DNA of 64,000 bases from Octopus sinensis. Lineage: Eukaryota. This document shows positions 52,522 to 64,000 of the stretch, one piece after another. The position numbers were made by a program, and so were the translations under genes. The stretch covers positions 9,424,001 through 9,488,000 of the forward strand of contig NC_043017.1 of the NCBI RefSeq assembly GCF_006345805.1, given 5' to 3'. The notes beneath the pieces were generated by a model that was not told the DNA's origin, ran no database searches, and was given only the letters and a program-made list of their open reading frames with translations. How positions within the stretch are numbered: position 1 is the stretch's first letter; each line of letters opens with the position of its first letter.

Positions 52522-53730
52522 CTGTGGCCACGTGTTATGGATTAATTGAAGGCGACACGGAAAGAAAAGGAAACCAAATTTTATCAGACTATTGATGTAA
52601 ATAATGAATTTACACACAAACACACAGATACGAGCAAACATTGTAGTACATACGACAAACACACACTTAACATTACATACATACAATATACGTATAACAC
52701 ACTTATAAACATTACATTACATACAAGACACACATATACAATATACATACATACATTACACATACACACAAATATATGCAAACAGTACGTTACAATACAA
52801 TATACACACACATACATACATAAGGTAAGATACATCATCATCATCATCATTTAACGTCTGTTCTCCATGCTGGCATGGGTTGGATGGTGCAACTGGGGTC
52901 TGGGAAGCCGGAAGGCTGCACCAGGCCCAGTCAGATCTGGCAGTGTTTCTACAGCTGGATGCCCTTCCTAACGCCAACCACTACGTGAGTGTAGTGGGTG
53001 CTTTTTACGTTCCACCTGCACAGGTGCCAGACGAGGCTGGCAATGGCCATGATCGGATTGGTGCATTTTATGTGCCACTGGCACGGAAGTCAGTCAAGGC
53101 GGCGCTGGCATCGGCCACGATTTGGATGGTGATTTTTACGCGCCACCGGCACAGAAGCCAGTCAAGGCGGCACTGCATATACATGCAATGCAAATACACA
53201 TGCAATATACATATAACACACACACATACAAACATACACAGACATAAATGTTGCATTACATACAATACACTCACGACACATACACATAGGTAGCATTACA
53301 TATAGACAAATACACACACATACAAACATAACACTACACACATACATACATCGATGTGTAAAATGTCTGCTGTTGTTGCTCTTGTTATTTAACCCCAGGT
53401 CGGTACTGAATGAGCAGACCTATCTGCAAAGGAAATCGGAGGTGGGAGTGAACATCTAATCTTTCTTTCCACCACCCAGACTATATTATCCAAGGCAGCG
53501 AGCTGGCAGAACCATTAGCACGCCGGGAGAAATGCATAGCCATATTTCATCTGCCATTACGTTCTGAGTTCAAATTCCGCCGAGGTCGACTTTGCCTTTC
53601 ATCATTTCGGGGTCAATAAATTAAGTACTAGTAACGCACTGGGGCCAATGTAATCGACTTAATCCGTTTGTCTGTCCTTGTTTGTCCCCTCTGTGTTTAG
53701 CCCCTTGTGGGTAGTAAAGAAACATATATT

Positions 53731-53996
53731 AACCTGGGTTCTCATTCCTAAGGTATTTTTCAATGTTATTATTATTATTATTACTACTACTATTCAGGAA
53801 TTGAACCACTATGCCATATGCCCACGGGCATATGGTGTAGTGGTTAAGAGCGCAAGCTATTAGCCCCAAGATTCCAAGTTTGATTCCAGGCAGTGACCTG
53901 AATATTAATAATAATAATGATAACAACAACATCGAAAAATACCTTAAGAATGAGAACCCAAGTTTGAAATTTCTCCAAGACACCTGATGAAGGCTG
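53731..53996. mobile_element. Second, truncated inverted dimer of the tRNA-head/hammerhead-tail element
   Basis: Palindromic centre aaccactatgccatatgccc-ac-gggcatatggtgtagtggtt; right arm stops at gacacctgatgaaggctg (53979-53996). Confidence 0.8.
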
Positions 53997-54304
53997 TCCC
54001 TCTAAAAAGCACCCACTACACTCTCAGAGTGGTTGGCATTAGGAAGGGCATCCAGCTGTAGAAACCTTGCCAGATCAGAATGGAGCCAGGTACAGTCACC
54101 TGGCTTGCCAGTCCTCAGTCAAACTGTTCAATCCATGCCAGCAGAGAAAGCAGACGTTAAACGATGATGATGATGACGGAACTTAGTTTTTTTTTTTCTC
54201 CCTTATTTAGCCTTCTGTAACAGTTTCACATGATTAATTGAAGGGAAAGGCAAACAGTGAAAGAAAAAGAGGGAGAGTGCTGTGTATTAAGTCTATAAAA
54301 TTGT

Positions 54305-54562
54305 GCATAATAATAATAATACATTGTGTACAGTGCTCAGGTGCACTACAACTCATCTAAAGTGTATGTATAGTACATAGGGTAATGTACAAGCGTCAGG
54401 AAAAGAACAGTGCATGAGTCATGACATACACATATGTGTATGAGTATGGAAGGGGGACAATCAGGTGTAGTTTCGGCGGATTTCAGAAAGCATGAGGGCC
54501 TTAAAGGATGCAGTGTCATGGCAGTCGACAACTGACGCAGGCAGTTTGTTCCATGCTTCAGC
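54305..54562 (-). mobile_element. CR1/L2-clade LINE 3' end
   Basis: Minus frame AEAWNKLPASVVDCHDTASFKALM... (WNxLP motif), followed by a UTR and an (ATT)n tail. Confidence 0.7.
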
Positions 54563-54589
54563 ATAAAAAAAAAAAAGTATACAAAGTGC

Positions 54590-54900
54590 ATTAAGTAATC
54601 ACTGTATTCCAGTCTTCTCCATCTTTCAATGATTAGGAAATGAGAGACTATCTTTTGACACAGACAAAACACAGACTCCGCTTCTAGGTTTTTTTGATTA
54701 AAGTTCTCAGAAACAACCCAATAAGTTTACCTTCAATTCAATGAAATTTTCACGGGTCCTGCTAGTCCGTATAATTCTTTCTCCTATGCCATATTTGACA
54801 AGTTGAAGTTTATAACCCATCTTAAAACCATTAAACACTACAATTTGTGTGACCCTTTCTCCATTGCCCCCATTAGAAGAAACACCGGAGTAGAAGATCC
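54590..54900 (-). mobile_element. Highly degraded L1/Tx1-like ORF2 C-terminal remnant
   Basis: Broken frames loosely resembling the C-terminus ending F...ERW; weak. Confidence 0.25.
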
Positions 54901-55208
54901 TTCATTGTTTCAACAAAATAAATCGGATCATGTTGCAATGCATGCTGGGAAAAAATACAAGGAAAACAAATTTTATCACATTAAAATGTATGTCAAGAGG
55001 GGAAAACAAATGGTATTCATTACACTGCAAAGCATGCTGGGAGGGAACAAATAAAGAGTATCACACAGTAGTGAAGACATTCCGAGTTCAAATTCAGCTG
55101 AATTTATTATTATTATTATTATTACTATTTATAACTATTAACACAATTTCATAGGCACATGATTTTACTCCATTTTCTGTTGACACCCATGTACTAGGAA
55201 GGAAGGAA

Positions 55209-55346
55209 GATAGATAGACAGACGGACGGACGGATGGACAGACAGATGGACAGATAGATAGACAGATGGACAGATAGATAGATATTGATAGACAGATAGA
55301 TAGATGGATAGATAGATAGACATATAGATAGATAGATGGATAGATG

Positions 55347-55400
<54 letters not shown>

Positions 55401-55421
55401 CATATAGATAGATAGATGGAC

Positions 55422-55504
<83 letters not shown>

Positions 55505-55609
55505 CAGATAGATAGATGGACAGATAGATAGACAGATATTGATAGACAGATAGATAGATAGATAGACAGATAGATAGATGGACAGATAGATAGACAGATA
55601 TTGATAGAC

Positions 55610-55656
<47 letters not shown>

Positions 55657-55677
55657 CATATAGATAGATAGATGGAC

Positions 55678-55752
<75 letters not shown>

Positions 55753-55829
55753 CAGATAGATAGATAGATAGATAGATAGATGATAGATAGATAGACATAT
55801 AGATAGATAGATGGACAGATAGATAGATA

Positions 55830-55886
<57 letters not shown>

Positions 55887-56005
55887 ATAGATAGATAGAC
55901 AGATAGATAGATGACAGATAGATAGACAGATATTGATAGACAGATAGATAGATAGATAGAGATAGATAGATAGATGGACAGATAGATAGACAGATATTGA
56001 TAGAC

Positions 56006-56052
<47 letters not shown>

Positions 56053-56073
56053 CATATAGATAGATAGATGGAC

Positions 56074-56148
<75 letters not shown>

Positions 56149-56290
56149 CAGATAGATAGATAGATAGATAGATAGATGGACAGATAGATAGACAGATATT
56201 GATAGACAGATAGATAGATAGATAGATAGATATTGATAGACAGATAGATGGACAGATAGATAGATGGACAGATAGATGGATGGATGGACA
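55209..56290. repeat. (GATA)n/(GACA)n array; second array at 56750-56888
   Basis: Direct reading; source of the IYLS ORFs. Confidence 0.97.
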
Positions 56291-56716
56291 GATGGAAATA
56301 GAAAGAGAGAGAGTTGGCAAGAAAACACTGATAGCTAGATAAAGATGAGTAATTGACTGACAGACAGACATACAGAGTATGTACAAATGTGTGTGAAAAA
56401 AGTAGGGAATAAGAGAGGAGGAAGAGAAAGAGAGAGAGAGACAGTGTGTGTGTCTGAAGCTTTATAAGTTCCTTAACTATGCTGAGTGAGGCAAAGCATT
56501 ACAGGAAAATACAAATAAACTCAAAGCCAAGGCCATTCTACGTCACCAAACGTCAGAGAGAAATGACTAAGATGCACACACACACACACACACATATATG
56601 TGTATATATGTATGTATATTTGTATGTATGAGGTAGGAGTTAATGTACGAGTACTAAAATGTATGTGTGTGCACGTGACTGCTGTTGTGATGTTTTTTGG
56701 TATGTGTGTATGTATG

Positions 56717-56750
<34 letters not shown>

Positions 56751-56801
56751 GATAGACAGACAGACAGATAGACAGACAGATAGATAGACAGATAGATAGA
56801 C

Positions 56802-56883
<82 letters not shown>

Positions 56884-58460
56884 GTAGATACGTCAATATA
56901 TGTGTGTATGTGTATATAATTACATATGTACATGAGTGTGTATGTGTACATACATATTATTTTATGGGGGCCATGTTCCATCTTACATTCACATCAGGTT
57001 TTCAAATTTGTGTATTGTGTAATCACATGACATTAGTAGCATTTTTCCCCAGATCTTTCTATTCATAAACTACATAAAAAAGACCCTTATTTTATTACTT
57101 TTTCTACTCAATTTGATGAGGGCTTAAACACCACACTCTTCTGTAAGTCCTACAGTATTTTCACCTAATAAATTGTATTGAGTTTCTGTTGACACCCATA
57201 TACTAGGAAGGAAGGAAGATATATAGATAGATGTTTCAGTATTCAGTAATAAATGAGGTCACACTATAGATGCAATCCAGAGATGCAGCTTATAAAGACA
57301 GCATGCACACATAAACACATCTCTAGCCATGAGGACCATGCCAAAACAGACCTCACCAGTGCCGGTGCAACATAAAAAGCACCCAATCCACTCTGGATGC
57401 ATTAGAAAGGGCATCCAGACGTAGAAACCATGCCAAAACAGTGGAGCTTGATGCACCTCTCTGACTTACCAGCTCCTGTCCAACTATCCAGCACATGCCA
57501 GCATGGAAAACTGATGTTAAATGATGATGATAATCATCATTGTCATCATGATCTTCCTCTGTGTGTGTGTGTGTGTGTAATGTACTTCTTTCATTTTCTG
57601 TCTGCAAAATCCACTCACAAAGTATTCGCTGGCCTAGGGCTATAGTAGAGACACTTGCCCAATGTGCTGAACAGTGGGACTGAATCTAAGGCCTCATAGT
57701 TGGTAAGCAAGCTTCTCAACTACATGGCCATACATGCATGCATGTGTGTGTGTGTGTGCGTATGTGCTTGCACACATGCTAGAGTGTAACATACACTAGT
57801 AGCCATTAGTAGACAACAAATCTAGTCTTGAGAATGAGGTATGCAAAGATATAAAATAATCAGAAGAAAAAATGTTCTGCATTTATATTTAGAAGGATCT
57901 GGTGGAGAGGAATGAAAATGACATTGGCTAAGACATATGAATTATTGTTGCTGTTGTTGTTATTGCTGTTGTTTTTACAAAAGAAAAAAAAAAGGTTACT
58001 ATCATAGGCATAAAGCAATAATAACTCCTGGAAGGAGAGAGGGTATAGTTAGCTTTCAGTTATAATTCATATCTAGGATTTCTGAATAGGAACGGTAAAT
58101 CAACCCCAGTTTTTGACTCATGTTTATATTCTACCAACCCCAGAAAGATGAGAGATGAGGATAGCTTCACCCATTCATGCTGGAATTTTTCTCCTGAATG
58201 AAGTTGCCTGAAAATTCACAGAAACTATTATTTTTGTCCTAAATAACAACTGAAAAACATTTCATTGAAATCCATTTGATACAGACTGCATACATATTGC
58301 AGGAGTGGCTGAGTGGTAAGTAGTTTGTTTACCAACCACATGGTTCCAGGTTCAGTCCCACTGCGTGGCACCTTGGGCAAGTGTCTTCTACTGTGGCCTC
58401 GGGCCGACCAAAGCCTTGTGAGTGGATTTGGTAGACGGAAACTGAAAGAAGCCCGTTGTA

Positions 58461-58499
<39 letters not shown>

Positions 58500-59346
58500 T
58501 ATATATATATGCGTGTGTGTGTTTGTCCCCCTAGCATTGCTTGAAAACCGATGCTGGTGTGTTTATGTCCCTGTTACTTAGCAGTTCGGCAAAAGAGACC
58601 GATAGAATAAGTACTGGGCTTACAAAAGAATAAGTCCCGGGGTCGAGTTGCTCGATTAAAAGGCGGTGCTCCAGCATGGCTGCAGTCAAATGACAAACAA
58701 GTAAAAGAGTAAAGAGTATGTTAAGGATATGTTTCATTCTTTGATACACAAATCACAATTTGTATCAAGTATTTGTTTTATAACCCTTATAAATTAAGGG
58801 TCAGTTTAAATGGACGATCGGCATGAATGGTTTAAGTAAAACCCAAACTCAGAACTTAATGAGTTATAACTACAAACCACACTTAATTAGGAATTTCTCA
58901 AACTCTTCTGGTGCTGCTGTTCACTACAGTTTGTAATTATTATAATTATAGTAGTATTTAGTTTCATCCTTTAATGTTCCGAGTTCAATTCTTACCGTGG
59001 ATGACACTTCATTTTTTTTTGTCTCTCTGGGGCCAATAAAATATATACCAGCAATATATTGATATACATGCAAGTGTATATGTGATTATCGCCATTGTTT
59101 TAATATTTGCTTTTCCCTGGTTGCTTGGATCAGACGGCATTTATTGAGGCAGATTTTCTGCAACCAGATGCTCTTCCTGTCACCAACTCTCACCTGTTTC
59201 CAAGCAAAGTAACATCTCCCGCCATGGCCAGACATGTTTTCACAGAATATTAGAAATAAATAACACTGCTTGTAAAACAGTGACTCATTCACAACTATCA
59301 CAATATCAAGACAAGGAGACACAAACACAATTTCTCGCACACACAA

Positions 59347-59402
<56 letters not shown>

Positions 59403-60008
59403 AAACAGACTTCTTTCAGTTTCCATCTACCAAATCCACTCACAAGGCTTTAATTGGCCTGGGGCTATAAAAAATAGACACTACCCAAGGTGCATAAAAT
59501 CTACTTTACTTTTGAACTGAAAGTTTGTGACTGGGTGTCACAGTCAAACATTGCTATTAAAACTAGTACAGCCATATTGTTGTAAACGACACCATTTTGA
59601 ATGAAATAAGGCCAAAACTGGTATTTAATAAATACATTGACTTAACACAGCATACATTGCATATATTTGATACAGACTGGTTCCAACATATCAAAACCAA
59701 ACCAGACAACATAATATTGCCAGGTTAAGTTTTGATCAAAGTTCATTTACCAAAAGTAGATTTTGTCAATAATCAATGTAGCCTACACTCTACACATCTT
59801 ATGACATACATAGCCTCACCTATATTTCTCTTTTATATGCCTGTGTGCGTATGCATATACACATACACATTTTGCTTATGTGTATATACACATATTATAT
59901 TCTTATATATGTATACATACACTTATAAACATTCTATATTTTTATGAGACAATATGTGTAATTATGTGTGTGTGTGTATGTACATTGACATAAACGCACA
60001 TATATATG

Positions 60009-60049
<41 letters not shown>

Positions 60050-60188
60050 TATATATATGTAATATATATATATTGTATGTACAAAATAAGAAAATGGAGG
60101 AATACACTTTAATCAATCATCAACTACCAGATAATACCCATTCACATAATTTATTAACCAACTACATAGGAACATCAAGATCACACAC

Positions 60189-60223
<35 letters not shown>

Positions 60224-60324
60224 CATATACATATTGTACGTATATACATTATATATATATACATATATATACACATATATATACATATACACATACATAT
60301 ACATATACACATACATATACATAT

Positions 60325-60378
<54 letters not shown>

Positions 60379-61029
60379 ACATTATATATATATTCCTAAG
60401 AGGGAAATGAGAGAGACAGTGAGCATGAATGTGAGTGTCCATTTAGCTTTCAAGACAAGGAAACAAACTTACTCAGACCCATACACCCATGCATACAAAC
60501 AAAACAGGCTTCTTTCAGTTTTTCAATCCACGAAATCCACTCCCAAGGCTTTGTTGGCTGCCATGCAATGGGACTGAACTCGGTTGAGCCATCATCAGAC
60601 TGACTGAAACTTCTAAGTCACTTTTTTTTTTGTTTAAGAATAAACTTATATTCTACAAAAATACAGAGTAACCCCTAAGATTAATGTAAAATTGTTCTTA
60701 TTAATATATATACGAGCTGTGATACCAGTGCCGGTGGCACGTACGAGAACCATCCGAATGTGACCGTTGCCAGCACCGCCCCGACTGGCTTCCGTGCCGG
60801 TGGAACGTAAAAAGCACCATCCGATCGTGGCCGTTTGCCAGCCTCACCTGGCACCTGTGCAGGTGGCACATAAAAAGCACCCACTACACTCTCGGAGTGG
60901 TTGGCGTTAGGAAGGGCATCCAGCTGTAGAAACCCCAGTTGAACCGTCCGACCCATGCTAGCATGGAAAACGGACGTTAAACGATGATGATGATGATGAC
61001 ACATATGTACATACAGTAGGAAAACAGAC

Positions 61030-62035
61030 AGGACACTAAACACATCAAGAAAACAGTCTTGTCTGGTATATAGAAAAAGTATAAGCAGAAATTTCATACA
61101 ATGTACCCATTGCAAACTATGGACACAGATAAGTGGTGCAGCAGATCCACAAAAAGGTTGACAGAGACTTGAGATTTGTGGCAGATGTGCAGGAGCAATT
61201 AACACTAAGAACACTCTGGAAATAGATTTTCTTGAATGCCCCAGGAGGATCCTGAGAGATAAGAGATAGTTTATGTTACCCAGGTGACCTAATTAGTTGG
61301 AGATGGGATGGTTTGAAAGTATTGTTGTGAGAATAAGAACTGGTTGAAGGCATTTAACTCAGTGTGAAAAGAAGACTGTCTGATGCTCGTATATGAACAG
61401 CAATGCTACATGATAGTAGGGTTTTATTTTTTCTATTCCTTCTCAAGCCATGCCAAGCTCATAGGGGCCGGTTTCCCGGTTTCAGTGGCGTAGAAATTCC
61501 CCAACTGGACGGGACGCCGGTCCATCATAGGATTACTCATTTTTGCCAGCTGAGTGGACTGGAGCAATGTGAAAATGAAGTGTTTTGCTCAAGAACACAA
61601 CGCATCGCCCGGTCCAGGAATCGAAACCAGAACCATTCACTCATGAGTTCAGCACCCTAACCACTAAGCCAAGCGCCTCCACATGGTAGTAGGGTGTGGG
61701 ACCCTGAATGCAGAGGACATGCAAAAACTAGAAAGAAATTAAGCTTTAATGGACGCGCAGTATCAATGTGCATGTACAACAAAGAGCAATTGTATTGAGA
61801 GGTAAATTGGGCATAAGATGCCATCTTGCAATGCATGGGAATGAGGACAGCTGCATAAAATGGCAACTGCTAAATATGGATGGAAGCTGTGGAAGAGAAA
61901 GACGCAGGACGTCATGGGACAAAGTAGTAAAGACTGACCTCAGGATGTTGAGCCTCACAGAGATGACAAAGGATCAAGATGGTTGGCAATTCGCTGTGCT
62001 TGAGAAGACCCGTCCATCTCAACAAAAATTGAGGT
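61030..62035 (+). mobile_element. RTE LINE 3' portion interrupted by a SINE (about 61440-61685)
   Basis: Broken frames for CTHCKLWT, CYPGDLIS, LRGKLGIR, GSCGRERRRTSWDKVVKTDLRML...WQFAVLEKTRP. Confidence 0.8.
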
Positions 62036-63952
62036 CCTAAATGCATATCATTTACGTCTATGCCCCTGCACTCCATGTCAAGCCTTCTCCACATAGCCAT
62101 CCCTTCATCACTCCTCTAACTATGGCACTTTTTATCCAGTGTTGTCATCATACACTTTTGGCACTACAGTAAAAGTTCTTCCATCAGATGAAACCATAGC
62201 ATTATATCATTCTGACTTTCTCAAAGTGTTTTCTTGGCAGAGATATGAGGGAGGTTAGCCACAGCCTTCCACAATTGGATGGCCACTGGCCCAAAGAAAA
62301 AACAGGTCTTATTTTCAATCCTGCTGGGTGTCCAGACACCCTTCTCACAAGAGTAGCAAGTTACTCAACTGGGGATTATTTATTCAACTGCTGTAATTAT
62401 ATGAGAGTGGAATGGCAGATATTTCATCACCCTTCTGTGCTATCAGTTATCCTTCATCATTTGTCACATATCCCCACATTCTCATCATCACCATTGCTTT
62501 TTTTTTTCCACTGAATGCCCCTTTCCCTTCCTGAGCACTCTCTCATATCAGCCCCTGATGCCACCCATCACCCCTACATACTTGTGACCTCTGTAACATA
62601 GCTCAGATAATGGACAAAGTCAACAACTATTGAAAAGGTTGCAAGAAAATTTTAGAAAAATAAATAAGTAAATGAGTGGAAATTTTACCGGTGAGTGTCA
62701 TCATCATCATCGTTTAACGTCCATTTTCCATGCTAGCATGGGTTGGATGGTTCAACTGGGGCCTGGGAAACCAGAAGGCTGCGCCAGGCCCAGTCTGATC
62801 TGGCAGTGTTTCTACAGCTGGATGCCCTTCCTAACGCCAACCACTCCGTGAGTGTAGTGGGTGCTTTTTACGTGCCACCTGCACAGGTGCCAGACGAGGC
62901 TGGCAATGGCCACAATCGGATGGTGCATTTTACGTGCCACCGGCACGGAGGCCAGTCGGGGCGGCGCTGGCAACAGTCACGTTCGGATGGTTCTCTTACG
63001 TGCCATCAGCACTGGGTGTGTTAAATTATAAGGCTCTAAAAGAGAATGACTCTCCCCAGACACAACAAAATATGCTTCAACACACGAACTCACATAAAGA
63101 ATCTTGCAAACCAAATCCCAAAACAAAACATATATATATATATAGGTGCAGGCATGGCTGAGTGGTATATACATACATAACTGGTTTCTTTCAGCTTCCA
63201 CCAACCAAATCCACCCACAAGACTTTGCTCAGCCCACGGCTAATGAAGAAAATACTTGCCCAAGCTATAGCAAAGTGAGGCTGAACCCCAAGACCACATA
63301 GACGGGAAGCAAACTTCTCAAACCATACAACCATTCCTGCACCTATACCAAACAGCTACACTTGGTACAGGGCAGCTGCGTCGAACTCTCTCGTGCACCA
63401 AATGGCATTTGCTAAAAAGCATTCGTGAAGGAAAATCATGTAGCAACACCGAATGGCGGTGCCCCAGCATGGCCACAGCTCATGAGCTGAAACTAGATAT
63501 AATTAAAAAAATTAATTAATTAATTAAATATCTTAATATTTCCCATGCCCCACCCCCCACAGCAGTGTCAGCAAAACAGACTTCCCAGTACTTGCAGAAA
63601 TAATGATGAGACAATCTTTACGTCGATGCATACGCAACGCAGTAATGCATCTGTAACCGTGACAACGTTAATAGCCAAGTGCATGTCAAAAGAGGGTCAC
63701 ATGACTACAAACTGGAGACAGTGAGCCGCGTTCATTGGAATAATTTGTTGAAATTCACTGAGCTGGAACGATATTATGTAATTAGAAATTTTAACCCAAC
63801 AAAGGCTGAAAAGTGCCAGAGCTTATTAGCCAAATGCCATGCAATGTAATGCTATATCTCAGCATGGCCCTATGCGTAAGTTAATTTGGGTGCTTCAGAA
63901 AGGCAGGTCAGTGCTTACGTCTGCAGCTGGTGCAGTTAATAATGCTTGCAAC

Positions 63953-63999
<47 letters not shown>

Positions 64000-64000
64000 A

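Noticed and set aside
55094-56981. IYLS-repeat ORFs of 387-430 aa
   Set aside because: Translation of (TATC)n.
63646-63846. 66-codon stop-free + frame in unique sequence
   Set aside because: No start codon or convincing splice sites, and no recognisable motif.

Overview
AT-rich, microsatellite- and SINE-dense animal genomic DNA. The repeat families and gene style point to an Octopus species (inference). Two spliced genes can be reconstructed, both for mitochondrial proteins and arranged tail-to-tail. DNLZ/HEP1 is on the + strand with 2 exons (24333-24685, 29531-29624; 148 aa). HSD17B8 is on the - strand with six exons from 47254 down to a 17-nt terminal coding exon at 31610-31626; its N-terminal Rossmann exon(s) were not found and probably lie beyond 64000. 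Two more - strand exons (5078-5226, 3301-3392) probably belong to a third, unidentified gene. The rest is tRNA-derived SINEs, RTE and CR1 LINE fragments, mariner relics, piggyBac- and hAT-type MITEs, a 5.8-kb CA/TA array, a 1.1-kb minisatellite and GATA arrays. Almost all ORF-track entries are repeat artefacts. Most interesting observations: (1) a tRNA-headed element with a Penelope-type minimal hammerhead ribozyme in its tail, found at two loci as a head-to-head fold-back dimer; (2) a second, unrelated hammerhead motif at 2092-2129; (3) a full-length 5S rRNA copy fused to a SINE-type 3' tail (candidate 5S-derived SINE), whose terminal stem-loop covaries with those of other tails in the window; (4) an intronic minisatellite whose units mostly carry consensus 5' splice sites, just downstream of a weak real donor. 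No database searches could be run, so none of these is shown to be novel.
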